Shown: positions 38,626 through 52,576 of the stretch, one piece after another
Layout of the letters: every line of letters begins with the position of its first letter
How positions within the stretch are numbered: the first letter of the stretch is position 1
Source: an uncultured Pelagibacteraceae bacterium
GTDB taxonomy: Bacteria > Pseudomonadota > Alphaproteobacteria > Pelagibacterales > Pelagibacteraceae
Assembly: GCA_902587755.1 (NCBI GenBank)
Contig: CACIMN010000001.1
Location: 318,669-382,668, forward strand
DNA length: 64,000 nucleotides
Reading direction: 5' to 3'
Notes under the pieces: generated by a model
What the model was told of the DNA's origin: nothing
Seen by the model: the letters and a program-made list of their open reading frames with translations, nothing else
The model's database searches: none
Translations under genes and position numbers: made by a program

Positions 38626-38659
38626 TTTTTTTTCTCACAATTCAACACAGTCAAAAACT

Positions 38660-39775
38660 ATGAATACTGAGAAAAACATAAAAACTTTAATTGTAAATAA
38701 ACCACTAAAATTAGACTGTGGAAAGACCATAAAAGATTTTCCAATAGCCTATGAAACTTACGGTTCACTTAATTCAAAAAAAGATAATGCAATATTAGTT
38801 TTTCATGCTCTAACAGGAGATCAATTTGTAACCGGAATAAACCCTGCAACTAACAAAGAGGGCTGGTGGAGTTATGCAGTAGGTCCTGATAAGGCTATCG
38901 ATACAAATAAATATTTTGTTATTTGCTCTAACGTAATTGGTGGATGTATGGGATCATACGGACCAAGTCATAAAGATCCTAATCAAAAAATTTTTGGAAC
39001 AAATTTTCCAGTAATTACAATTAATGACATGGTGAATGCTCAATATAATTTACTTGATCATTTTGGTATTGATAAATTATTTTCTATAACTGGTGGTTCA
39101 ATGGGGGGTATGCAAGTCCTTCAGTTTATTAGTAACTTTCCTGATAAATCTAAAACAGTTATACCTATAGCAACCACATCTAGTCATTCAGCACAAAATA
39201 TCGCTTTTAACGAGCTAGGTAGACAAGCTATTACAGCTGATAGTAACTGGAAAGATGGGAATTATACATCCAACGAAACTAATCCCGGAAAAGGATTGGC
39301 AGTAGCTAGAATGGCAGCTCATATTACATATTTATCTAAAAAAGGTTTGCAGGAAAAATTTGGAAGAAAGTTACAAGAAAGAGAAGATCTTAAATTTGGA
39401 TTTGATGCTGATTTTCAAATAGAAAGTTATTTGAGATATCAGGGTTCAGTTTTCGTAGATAGATTTGATGCAAATAGTTATCTTTATATCACTAGAGCTA
39501 TGGATTATTTTGATTTAGCAAAACAATTCAATGGTAATCTTTCAGAAGCATTTAAAAATACAAACGCAAAATTTTTTATAATTTCATTTACTTCAGATTG
39601 GCTTTATCCAACCCAAGAAAATAAGGATATTGTGATTGCTTTAAACTCAATAGGAGCTGATGTTGGATTTGTAGAAATTGAGTCGGATAAAGGTCACGAC
39701 TCATTTTTACTAGACGTTCCTGATTTCTTAAGTGCACTTAAAAACTTTTTAGATAAATCTTACGAAGAAAATTAA
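38660..39775 (+). CDS. metX: Homoserine O-acetyltransferase
   Basis: 371 aa alpha/beta hydrolase with FHALTGD, the nucleophile elbow GGSMGGMQ, and DWLYP...GHDSFL. Confidence 0.95.
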   Translation: MNTEKNIKTLIVNKPLKLDCGKTIKDFPIAYETYGSLNSKKDNAILVFHALTGDQFVTGINPATNKEGWWSYAVGPDKAIDTNKYFVICSNVIGGCMGSYGPSHKDPNQKIFGTNFPVITINDMVNAQYNLLDHFGIDKLFSITGGSMGGMQVLQFISNFPDKSKTVIPIATTSSHSAQNIAFNELGRQAITADSNWKDGNYTSNETNPGKGLAVARMAAHITYLSKKGLQEKFGRKLQEREDLKFGFDADFQIESYLRYQGSVFVDRFDANSYLYITRAMDYFDLAKQFNGNLSEAFKNTNAKFFIISFTSDWLYPTQENKDIVIALNSIGADVGFVEIESDKGHDSFLLDVPDFLSALKNFLDKSYEEN

Positions 39776-39777
39776 TT

Positions 39778-40374
39778 ATGAAAAATGAATTTCAGGTAAT
39801 AGCAGATTTAATTGAAAAAGATAAGAAAGTCTTAGATGTAGGTTGTGCTGATGGAACTTTGATGAAATTTTTAAAGGATAATAAAAACATAAATATAAGA
39901 GGGTTAGAAATTTCAAAAGAAAGAGTGCAAGAATGTATTGCAAAAGGTTTAACTGTAATTGAAGGAAATGCTGAAAAAGATTTAAAACAATTTCCAGACA
40001 AATCATTTGATTATGTTATTTTAAGTCAAACCCTTCAAGCTTTTCTTAATCCTGAATTGGTTTTAGATGAGCTTTTAAGAGTTGGAAAAAAAGCAATAGT
40101 TACAATTCCTAATTTTGGATATTGGAAAGTAAGATTTCATTTATTATTTAAAGGTACAATGCCGATTACAAAAACATTACCAGATGAATGGTATAACACG
40201 CCAAATTTACACATGTGCACAATCAAAGATTTTTTTCATTTTGTAAAATCAAAAGATATAAGGATTTTTAAATCACTCGCTTTAAGCAATCTTAATAAAT
40301 CAACAATAAATCAGAGTAATTTAGGTGTTAAAAATTTGTTTGCAGATCTTGGTATATTTTTGATAGAAAAATAA
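39778..40374 (+). CDS. metW: Methionine biosynthesis protein MetW
   Basis: 198 aa with SAM-MTase-like VLDVGCADG and the conserved TIPNFGYWKVR and PNLHMCT blocks. It lies immediately after metX. Confidence 0.92.
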   Translation: MKNEFQVIADLIEKDKKVLDVGCADGTLMKFLKDNKNINIRGLEISKERVQECIAKGLTVIEGNAEKDLKQFPDKSFDYVILSQTLQAFLNPELVLDELLRVGKKAIVTIPNFGYWKVRFHLLFKGTMPITKTLPDEWYNTPNLHMCTIKDFFHFVKSKDIRIFKSLALSNLNKSTINQSNLGVKNLFADLGIFLIEK

Positions 40375-40375
40375 A

Positions 40376-41095
40376 ATGCGTATTGAAATTATACCTTGTC
40401 TTCAAGACAACTATAGCTATTTAATAATAGACGAAAATAACAATTCTGCGTGTATTGTAGATCCCAGTGAGGCTGAGCCAATAATAAATTTCCTTAAAAA
40501 TAAAAATATAAAATTAAAATACATTCTTAATACTCATCATCACTATGATCATATTGGAGGAAATCAAGAATTAAAAAAAAAATATGGATCAGTTGTTGTA
40601 GGTTTTAAAGGAGACTCGAAAAGAATACCAGAGATAGACATATTGTTAGAGGATAATCAAATATGGAAAGCCGAAAACTTTGAAGCTAAAATTTTGCATA
40701 TACCTGGACATACTTCAGGCCATATTTGTTTTAATTTTTTTAAAGAAAAAATAGTTTTTACTGGAGATACACTTTTCTCACTTGGTTGTGGAAGAATATT
40801 CGAAGGTTCTTATGAGGAAATGTTTGAATCTTTAAACAAAATTAAATTGTTACCAGAAGACACAAAAATTTATTGTGGTCATGAATACACCCTTAACAAT
40901 GCAAAATTTTGCAAAAAATATGATTCCGAAAACAAAAATTTACAAAAAAAAATCGAAAAAATAGAAAAATTAAGAGAATATGGAATTCCTACGATACCCT
41001 CAACTTTAAAAGAGGAATTGGAATGTAATATATTTTTAAGAGCAAAAGATGTTAAAACCTTCTCAAAATTAAGAGATTTTAAGGATAATTTCTAA
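40376..41095 (+). CDS. gloB: Hydroxyacylglutathione hydrolase (glyoxalase II)
   Basis: Metallo-beta-lactamase motif THHHYDHIGG, plus PGHTSGH and GDTLF. Confidence 0.92.
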   Translation: MRIEIIPCLQDNYSYLIIDENNNSACIVDPSEAEPIINFLKNKNIKLKYILNTHHHYDHIGGNQELKKKYGSVVVGFKGDSKRIPEIDILLEDNQIWKAENFEAKILHIPGHTSGHICFNFFKEKIVFTGDTLFSLGCGRIFEGSYEEMFESLNKIKLLPEDTKIYCGHEYTLNNAKFCKKYDSENKNLQKKIEKIEKLREYGIPTIPSTLKEELECNIFLRAKDVKTFSKLRDFKDNF

Positions 41096-41105
41096 TTAAT
41101 TCAAC

Positions 41106-41133
41106 TTGACTAAAGGCTGGCTACAACTATATT
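41106..41133 (+). promoter_or_regulatory. Candidate sigma70 promoter of the rplU-rpmA(-obg...) unit
   Basis: TTGACT (41106-41111), a 16-nt spacer, then TATATT (41128-41133), 27 nt upstream of the rplU ATG in one of the few real intergenic spacers. Confidence 0.45.
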
Positions 41134-41159
41134 GCGGTAACTTTTAAATAAATCATACT

Positions 41160-41558
41160 ATGTCATACGCAGTAATAAAAACAGGTGGAAAACAGTATAA
41201 AGTAAAATCTGGAGAAATTCTAAAGATTGAAAAACTACCAGACTCTAAACCTGAGACTAAAATAGAGTTTAATGAAATTTTGGCATACGGTGATGATAAA
41301 TCAATTGAAATTGGAACTCCAAATGTTGAGGGCGCAAAAGTAGAGGCTGATTTAATAAAAAATAGCAAAAATAGAACTATTTTAATTTTTAAAAAAAGAA
41401 GAAGACAAAATTCAAGAAGAAAAAATGGGCACAGACAAAAATATTCTATGATAAGAATTAATAAAATTTTTTCAAAAGATGGTAAAGTGTTATCGGAAGC
41501 TGAAAAAATTTCTAAAACTTCAAAAAAAAAAGAAGTTAAGGAAACAGTAAGCAAATAG
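41160..41558 (+). CDS. rplU: 50S ribosomal protein L21
   Basis: MSYAVIKTGGKQYKVKSGE..., with a Lys/Arg-rich C-terminal extension (132 aa in total). Confidence 0.93.
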   Translation: MSYAVIKTGGKQYKVKSGEILKIEKLPDSKPETKIEFNEILAYGDDKSIEIGTPNVEGAKVEADLIKNSKNRTILIFKKRRRQNSRRKNGHRQKYSMIRINKIFSKDGKVLSEAEKISKTSKKKEVKETVSK

Positions 41559-41572
41559 TTATTAGGTAAATT

Positions 41573-41827
41573 ATGGCAACAAAAAAAGCAGGTGGATCAT
41601 CACGAAACGGACGAGACAGTGCTGGTAGAAGACTTGGTGTAAAAAAGTATGGTGGTGAAACAGTAATTCCTGGAAACATAATTGTTAGACAAAGAGGAAC
41701 TAAGATTTTTCCAGGTGAAAATGTTGGTATGGGTAAAGATCATTCAATATTTTCAGTTATTAAAGGGAAAGTTGTTTTCAAAAAATCCAAATCAGATAGA
41801 ACTTTCGTTTCGGTAAAGCCCAATTAA
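41573..41827 (+). CDS. rpmA: 50S ribosomal protein L27
   Basis: [29 protein letters not shown]...RQRGTK. Confidence 0.96.
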   Translation: MATKKAGGSSRNGRDSAGRRLGVKKYGGETVIPGNIIVRQRGTKIFPGENVGMGKDHSIFSVIKGKVVFKKSKSDRTFVSVKPN

Positions 41828-41843
41828 TAGTACAACCAACTAA

Positions 41844-43938
<2,095 letters not shown>

Positions 43939-45189
43939 ATGATTAAATATATGAATTTAATTGGAATAAAAGCTCGAAAAACTAGTGAATATAAAGTTAC
44001 AACTGAAGTAAAAAATAAAGTTTTAAATGATTACGCGAAATTAATTAAGAATGAAAAAAAATTTATTATTAATCAGAATTCAAAAGATATTAATTACGCC
44101 AAAAAAAAAGGGTTAAAAGAGAATTTAATCAAAAGACTTCGTTTAAATGAAAATAAATTAAATGAAATTGTAAATTCTATTTTGAAAATAGCTAAATTAA
44201 GAGACCCTATAGACAACACTTTAGACAAATGGAAAAGACCAAATGGTTTGAATATAAAAAGAGTATCAATACCAATTGGAGTTATTGGTGTTATTTATGA
44301 AAGTAGACCAAATGTAACTTCAGATGTTGCTAGTCTTTGTTTTAAATCTGGAAATGTAGTGATTTTGAAAGGAGGCTCTGAGGCTATAAATTCAAACAGA
44401 GCTCTAGCTAAATTATTTAGAAAAGCACTTAAAAAAAATAAAGTTGATGAAAACTTTATTCAATTTATCGACTCAAAACAAAGAAAACTTGTAGATATTA
44501 TGCTTTCTAAGATGAAAAAATATATCGATGTAATCATACCTCGTGGTGGAAAAAATTTAGTTAAAAAAGTTTTAGAGTTATCCAAAGTGCCGATAATTGG
44601 GCACTTAGAGGGGGTTTGTCATACTTATATAGATAAAGATGCAGAATTAAAAATGGCTAAAGAAGTTGTCTTTAATGCTAAATTAAGAAATACAAGTATT
44701 TGTGGTGCGACTGAAACTGTTCTTATTCATAAAGATATAGTCAAAAAATTTAGTAATCCTCTATTGGAGGTTCTTGAAAATAGTGGTTGTAAAATAATAG
44801 GCGATAAAATTTTGAAGAGTTATTACAAAGGTAAAGTATATCCTGCAAAAGAAAAAGATTGGTCAACTGAATATTTAGCATCAATTGTATCTGTTAAAGT
44901 TGTTAAAAATTCTGAAGAGGCAATTAAACATATCAACAAATACGGAACTATGCACACTGACTCCATCATTACAAAAAATAAAAAGACAGCAAATTATTTC
45001 TTAAAAAATGTTAAAAGCTCAATTGCAATGCATAATACCTCAACTCAATTTGCTGATGGCGGTGAATTTGGATTTGGTGGAGAAGTTGGAATTTCTACTA
45101 ATACACTACCACCAAGAGGTCCTGTAGGTTTAAATCAATTGATTTCATATAAATACGAAATCACCAGTAATGGTAAAATAAGAAATTAA
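43939..45189 (+). CDS. proA: Gamma-glutamyl phosphate reductase
   Basis: 416 aa aldehyde-dehydrogenase fold with IYESRPNVT, LKGGSEA and the catalytic Cys in NTSICGATE. Confidence 0.95.
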   Translation: MIKYMNLIGIKARKTSEYKVTTEVKNKVLNDYAKLIKNEKKFIINQNSKDINYAKKKGLKENLIKRLRLNENKLNEIVNSILKIAKLRDPIDNTLDKWKRPNGLNIKRVSIPIGVIGVIYESRPNVTSDVASLCFKSGNVVILKGGSEAINSNRALAKLFRKALKKNKVDENFIQFIDSKQRKLVDIMLSKMKKYIDVIIPRGGKNLVKKVLELSKVPIIGHLEGVCHTYIDKDAELKMAKEVVFNAKLRNTSICGATETVLIHKDIVKKFSNPLLEVLENSGCKIIGDKILKSYYKGKVYPAKEKDWSTEYLASIVSVKVVKNSEEAIKHINKYGTMHTDSIITKNKKTANYFLKNVKSSIAMHNTSTQFADGGEFGFGGEVGISTNTLPPRGPVGLNQLISYKYEITSNGKIRN

Positions 45190-45190
45190 A

Positions 45191-45712
45191 TTGAATAACA
45201 CAAAAATAAAAATTGGTGTATTGGGTGGATCATTTGATCCTGCACACAAAGGACATTTAGCAATTTCTAAAGAAGCAAAAAAAAGATTCAAACTCAAAAA
45301 AGTTATTTGGGCAATTACAAAAAAAAATCCATTTAAAATAAAGAGCAAAACATCTGTTGCTGACAGAATTAAATATTGTAAAAAAATAATTGGTAAAAAT
45401 TCATTTATTAAAGTTAAATTTTATGAAAAAATTATTAAATCAAATAAAACTATAAATTTAATCAATCATTTAAAAAAAGATAAAAGCATTGAAATTTATT
45501 TTTTAATGGGTGCCGACAACCTTATTAATTTTCATAAATGGCACAAATCTAAATTAATTTCACAAAAATGTAATATTCTAGTTTTTGATAGACATGGGTA
45601 TAAAAAAAATTCTTTAAAATCAAAGACATTTAAGCAACTTAGTAAAGACAATCTAGAGTTTATTGAGTTTAATAAAGTCAACATTTCATCTTCTCAATTA
45701 AGAAAAATTTGA
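45191..45712 (+). CDS. nadD: Nicotinate-nucleotide adenylyltransferase
   Basis: GGSFDPAHKGH (H/TxGH motif) and a C-terminal ISSSQLR. TTG start 1 nt after the proA stop. Confidence 0.88.
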   Translation: MNNTKIKIGVLGGSFDPAHKGHLAISKEAKKRFKLKKVIWAITKKNPFKIKSKTSVADRIKYCKKIIGKNSFIKVKFYEKIIKSNKTINLINHLKKDKSIEIYFLMGADNLINFHKWHKSKLISQKCNILVFDRHGYKKNSLKSKTFKQLSKDNLEFIEFNKVNISSSQLRKI

Positions 45713-45729
45713 TAATCTAAAATCAATTA

Positions 45730-46080
45730 ATGGACAATATTTCAGACTTAAAAGAAATTGTAATCAACACACTAGATCTCAATAAAGCTCAAGACATTGT
45801 AACTATTGATCTTAAAGACAAAAGTTCTATGGCTGATTACATGATCATAGCAAGTGGAACTTCATCTAGACATATCCAATCTTTATCAGAACAAGTTTTA
45901 GAAAAACTTAAAAATAACGGTGTAAAAAACTCAAAAATTGAAGGCAAACAAAGTGGGGAATGGAAGCTTGTTGATGGTATTGATTTGATTGTTCATATTT
46001 TTCACCCAGAAAAAAGAAAGTTTTATGAATTAGAGAAAATTTGGTCAGAGCTAATTCCAAAAGAAAAAGTGATGATATGA
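45730..46080 (+). CDS. rsfS: Ribosome silencing factor RsfS
   Basis: 116 aa with KAQDIVTIDL..SSMADYMIIASGTSSRH..W.L.D..D.IVHIF. Confidence 0.9.
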   Translation: MDNISDLKEIVINTLDLNKAQDIVTIDLKDKSSMADYMIIASGTSSRHIQSLSEQVLEKLKNNGVKNSKIEGKQSGEWKLVDGIDLIVHIFHPEKRKFYELEKIWSELIPKEKVMI

Positions 46081-47216
46081 AAAAAATTAAATTTTTATTA
46101 TTAATTTTTTTTTCTATTTTTTACTTAAATAAAACAGTTATTTCAGCTGAAATTGATATTTATAAAAAAATTGATCTCTTCGGTGAGGTTCTAGAAAAAA
46201 TTAATAAAGAATATGTTGATGAGTTCAATCAATCTGAAAGTATGGACTCTGCTATCAATGGACTTTTACAATCCTTAGATCCTTATTCATCCTACATGTC
46301 ACCTAAAATTTTTGATGAAATGCAAACAGAAACCAGTGGTGAGTTTGGTGGACTAGGAATTGAAGTAAGCATGGAGGCTGGTGTGGTAAAAGTAATTTCA
46401 CCAATAGATGATACACCTGCATCCAGAGCTGGATTAAAAGCTGGTGATTACATAGTAAAAATAAATGATGTTCAAGTTCAAGGTAAATCATTAAGTGAAG
46501 CCGTTGATCTAATGAGAGGACCTGTAGGTTCTGGAATAGAGTTAACAGTAAGACGAAGAGGTGAAAAAAAAGCGTTAACATTTAACATCATAAGAGAGGT
46601 TATTCAGGTTCAATCTGTAAAATCTGAAGTTATAGATGAGAGTATTGGATACATCAGGCTTACTTCATTTAATGATAATAGTAGTGATCAAATAGAAAAA
46701 CAAATTAAAAAACTTAATAAAAATAAAAACTTAAATTCCTTTATTTTAGATTTAAGAAATAATCCTGGGGGTCTTTTATCTCAAGCAATAAAAATTTCCG
46801 ATTTTTTTCTAGAAAATGGAGAAATAGTTTCAACAAAAAGCAAAAAAAAATCTGAAAATAGAAAATGGTTTGCAAAAAAAGGAGATATTACCAAAGGAAA
46901 AACATTATTAGTTTTAATTAATTATGGTTCTGCATCTGCATCAGAAATTGTTGCAGGAGCTTTAAAAGATCACAAAAGAGCGATTATCATTGGTGAAAAT
47001 AGCTATGGTAAAGGTTCGGTTCAGTCAATTATTCCTTTAAAAAATCGTGGAGCTATCAGACTAACTGTTGCAAAATATTACCTTCCTTCTGGTAAATCAA
47101 TTTCTGAAGTAGGTGTTAGACCAGATATAGAAGTAAATGAAGAAGGTGATGATTTTAAAATAAAAACTGATACTGATAATCAATTAAACTATGCTATCAA
47201 GTTACTTAACGGATAA
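46077..47216 (+). CDS. ctpA: Carboxy-terminal processing protease (S41A)
   Basis: Signal anchor, PDZ domain (GLKAGDYIVKIND), Ser in GSASASEIVAGAL and Lys in YGKGSVQ. The ATG at 46077 forms an ATGA overlap with the rsfS stop. Confidence 0.9.
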   Translation: MKKIKFLLLIFFSIFYLNKTVISAEIDIYKKIDLFGEVLEKINKEYVDEFNQSESMDSAINGLLQSLDPYSSYMSPKIFDEMQTETSGEFGGLGIEVSMEAGVVKVISPIDDTPASRAGLKAGDYIVKINDVQVQGKSLSEAVDLMRGPVGSGIELTVRRRGEKKALTFNIIREVIQVQSVKSEVIDESIGYIRLTSFNDNSSDQIEKQIKKLNKNKNLNSFILDLRNNPGGLLSQAIKISDFFLENGEIVSTKSKKKSENRKWFAKKGDITKGKTLLVLINYGSASASEIVAGALKDHKRAIIIGENSYGKGSVQSIIPLKNRGAIRLTVAKYYLPSGKSISEVGVRPDIEVNEEGDDFKIKTDTDNQLNYAIKLLNG

Positions 47217-47217
47217 T

Positions 47218-47691
47218 ATGAATAAAAATTTTAATGACTTACCACTCAGAAGTGGGGTCGGAATTGTGTTATTGAATAAAGAAAATAAAGTATTTGTGGC
47301 AAAAAGAATAGATAATCCTAAAAATTTTTGGCAAATGCCTCAGGGTGGTGTTGATGAGGGAGAGGATAACTTAAAAGCTGCATTTAGGGAATTAGAAGAA
47401 GAAACAAGTATTAAAAGTGTAGAGCTTATTAAAGAATTAGATGGTACATTAACCTATGATCTGCCTGATAGATTACTGGGTATTATATGGAGAGGTAAAT
47501 ACAAGGGTCAAAAGCAAAAATGGTTTTTAATGCGATTTATTGGAAATGATAGTGAAATAAATATTAACACATCTAATCCAGAGTTTTTAGATTGGAAGTG
47601 GATTGATCTAGATTTAATTACTGATGTTGTTGTTGATTTTAAACATCATGTTTACAAAGAACTAAAAGAAAAAGTAAAAAAATTAATTTAG
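47218..47691 (+). CDS. rppH: RNA pyrophosphohydrolase (Nudix)
   Basis: Nudix box GGVDEGEDNLKAAFRELEEETS. The ATG at 47218, just after the ctpA stop, is preferred over the track start at 47191. Confidence 0.88.
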   Translation: MNKNFNDLPLRSGVGIVLLNKENKVFVAKRIDNPKNFWQMPQGGVDEGEDNLKAAFRELEEETSIKSVELIKELDGTLTYDLPDRLLGIIWRGKYKGQKQKWFLMRFIGNDSEININTSNPEFLDWKWIDLDLITDVVVDFKHHVYKELKEKVKKLI

Positions 47692-48074
47692 AGTTTTTAA
47701 AACTTCAACTTTTTGATCTGCTAAATATTTAGATTGATCATTAATATCAGTTTTATTAGCCTCTTCTTCTGCCTCTTTAAGTAAAACCTGTTGCTTTGAT
47801 TTATCCATATCAGCAAGATTAAAAACTGTACTTGTTAGAATAGATAGATTGTTATTTTTGAACTCAACAATACCATCTTCAACATAGTAATTTTCATCTC
47901 CCGATTTAGATAAAATTTTAATTATCCCAGGTTTCAAAAAGGAAATAATAGAAATATGATCCCTCAATATTCCCATCTCTCCCTCAAATGCAGGGAGCAC
48001 AACTTCTGATACATCATCTTTTACTAAAAAAGATTTTTCAGGATTTACAATCTCAACTTTAAACTCTTCGCTCA

Positions 48075-48075
<1 letters not shown>
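47683..48075 (-). CDS. atpC: F1 ATP synthase epsilon subunit
   Basis: 130 aa, the last gene of atpHAGDC, with typical VVLPAFEGEMGIL. Confidence 0.92.
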
Positions 48076-50368
<2,293 letters not shown>

Positions 50369-50374
50369 AAATTA

Positions 50375-51910
50375 TTAAGATTTAAAATTTCCTTTTAATT
50401 GAGTGATTAACTCAACAACTAATTTTTCTTTATCTTCCTCAAGTTTTCCTGAACTTAAAATTGACTCTATTATTTCAGGCTTATCTGATTTACATTTTTC
50501 AATAATCTTGCTCTCAAATGCAGCAACATCTTTTAAATCAATATCATCCAGATAACCTTTTACTCCACAAAATACTGAAATCACTTGTTCTGCGACAGTC
50601 ATGGGTGAATATTGTTTTTGTTTTAAAAGTTCAGTTAACTTAGAGCCTCTATTCAAAAGTTGCTGGGTAGATGCATCTAAATCAGATCCAAATTGCGCAA
50701 AAGCTGCCATTTCTCTGTATTGTGCTAGCTCTAATTTCATTGAACCAGAAACTTTTTTCATCGCTTTTGTTTGAGCTGATGAACCAACCCTAGACACTGA
50801 TAAACCTACATTAATTGCAGGTCTTATACCTTGGTTAAATAGTTCTGTTTCAAGGAAAATTTGTCCGTCTGTAATTGAAATAACGTTAGTTGGAATGAAC
50901 GCAGATACGTCTCCACCTTGTGTTTCAATAATTGGAAGTGCAGTAAGTGATCCACCACCATGTTCATCACTTAGTTTTGCTGCTCTTTCAAGCAATCTAC
51001 TATGAAGATAAAATACATCTCCAGGATAAGCCTCACGTCCCGGGGGTCTTCTTAATAACAATGACATTTGTCTATAAGCAACTGCTTGTTTAGACAAATC
51101 ATCATAAATTATTAACGCGTGCATTCCATTATCTCTAAAATACTCACCCATAGCACAACCTGTATATGGTGCTAGAAATTGTAAAGGAGCAGAGTCCGAT
51201 GCAGTAGCAGCAACGATTGTTGTGTACTCCATAGCTCCAGCTTCTTCTAATGTTTTTTGAATTTGTCTTACTGTCGATCTTTTTTGTCCAACTGCAACAT
51301 ATATACAATACAGTTTTTGTTTTTCATCGCCAGATTCATTGATTTTTTTTTGATTAATAATTGCATCTACTGCAACTGCTGTTTTACCAGTTTGTCTATC
51401 ACCAATAATCAATTCCCTTTGCCCTCTTCCAATCGGGACTAGACTATCAATTGATTTAAGGCCAGTTTGCATTGGTTCACTTACTGATTGTCGTGGAATA
51501 ATACCAGGTGCTTTAACTTCAACCCTGCTTTTTTTAATGCCTTTATCTAATGGTCCTTTTCCATCAATAGGATTTCCTAAACCGTCAACCACTCTACCTA
51601 ATAATTCTTTGCCAACTGGTGTATCAACAATATTACCTGTTCTTTTTACTACGTCACCCTCTTTAACATTTCTATCATCACCAAAAATTACAACACCAAC
51701 ATTTTCACTTTCCAAGTTTAGAGCCATACCTTTTGAACCATCTGCAAACTCTACCATTTCACCAGCTTGAACATTATCCAAACCATAAATCCTAGCAATA
51801 CCGTCCCCAACTGATAAAACTTGACCAACCTCTGTGACTTCTACTTTATCACCAAAATTTTTAATTTGTTCTTTTAATATTTTTGTAACTTCTGAAGGAT
51901 TTATTTCCAT
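50375..51910 (-). CDS. atpA: F1 ATP synthase alpha subunit
   Basis: P-loop GDRQTGKT, 511 aa. Confidence 0.98.
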   Translation of the reverse strand: MEINPSEVTKILKEQIKNFGDKVEVTEVGQVLSVGDGIARIYGLDNVQAGEMVEFADGSKGMALNLESENVGVVIFGDDRNVKEGDVVKRTGNIVDTPVGKELLGRVVDGLGNPIDGKGPLDKGIKKSRVEVKAPGIIPRQSVSEPMQTGLKSIDSLVPIGRGQRELIIGDRQTGKTAVAVDAIINQKKINESGDEKQKLYCIYVAVGQKRSTVRQIQKTLEEAGAMEYTTIVAATASDSAPLQFLAPYTGCAMGEYFRDNGMHALIIYDDLSKQAVAYRQMSLLLRRPPGREAYPGDVFYLHSRLLERAAKLSDEHGGGSLTALPIIETQGGDVSAFIPTNVISITDGQIFLETELFNQGIRPAINVGLSVSRVGSSAQTKAMKKVSGSMKLELAQYREMAAFAQFGSDLDASTQQLLNRGSKLTELLKQKQYSPMTVAEQVISVFCGVKGYLDDIDLKDVAAFESKIIEKCKSDKPEIIESILSSGKLEEDKEKLVVELITQLKGNFKS

Positions 51911-52468
51911 TTATGCCTCTATCATTCTATTTTCAATTTGTTGTAATTTATTTTTAATTGAGGTATCGACCATAGTACTTCCAACTTGGACTAGTAAACC
52001 TCCTATTAAACTTTCATCATGTTTGTAGTTTAATTTTATTTTTGAGCTAAAATTTTTTGTTAAATCCTCTGTAATTTTTAAAATTTCTTCATTAGATAAT
52101 TCTTTTGCTGATTTTAATTCTGCCTTAAGTTCTCCTCTTTTTCTTGAACAAATTTCAATAAAGCTTTTAAGGATACGTTCAATAAAAAAGAAACGCCTTT
52201 TTAGAATTAAAAAACTTAAAAAGTTTTTAAATAAAAACTCAAATTTATTATTTTCAGAGATTGTATTGATTACTTTTAGTAAATCTTCTTGGCTTGTAGT
52301 TGGATCTTTAATCAAATTAGAAAAATCTTCACTTTGATCAATTAAATTAAGAATAGATAAAGACTGATCTTCGATCTGACTTAAAAGATTGTTTTCCTCT
52401 GAAAGTTCAAATAGCGCAAGGGAGTACCTTTCAGCTGAAGTTATTGAAAATCCGGTGTCTTTACTCAA
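51911..52468 (-). CDS. atpH: F1 ATP synthase delta (OSCP) subunit
   Basis: OSCP family (AERYSLALFEL...). The track ORF runs to a GTG at 52522. A TTG at 52468 preceded by GAGGA (52475-52479, 6-nt spacer) would give a typical 185-aa protein. Confidence 0.85.
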   Translation of the reverse strand: MSKDTGFSITSAERYSLALFELSEENNLLSQIEDQSLSILNLIDQSEDFSNLIKDPTTSQEDLLKVINTISENNKFEFLFKNFLSFLILKRRFFFIERILKSFIEICSRKRGELKAELKSAKELSNEEILKITEDLTKNFSSKIKLNYKHDESLIGGLLVQVGSTMVDTSIKNKLQQIENRMIEA

Positions 52469-52576
52469 CTTAGTTCCTCTATAATGTTGAAGATTATTTA
52501 AAAATCTCGCTTTGAATAGCACATGACCCTTATGTCTTCAAGTAGCGGTTTCGTAAAAAACGCCTCTTTTTTGTGG

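Noticed and set aside
39776-40006. Two overlapping minus-strand ORFs (76 and 69 aa) at the 5' end of metW.
   Set aside because: They are antisense to a well-supported metW reading frame, repetitive in Leu/Phe content, and have no start context.
52544-52566. Hairpin-like GC-containing element between priA and atpH, considered as an intrinsic terminator for priA.
   Set aside because: The stem is only about 3-4 G:C pairs with a bulge. On the priA (minus) strand it is not followed by a U-tract. The U-run occurs only on the plus strand, where no gene reads into it.
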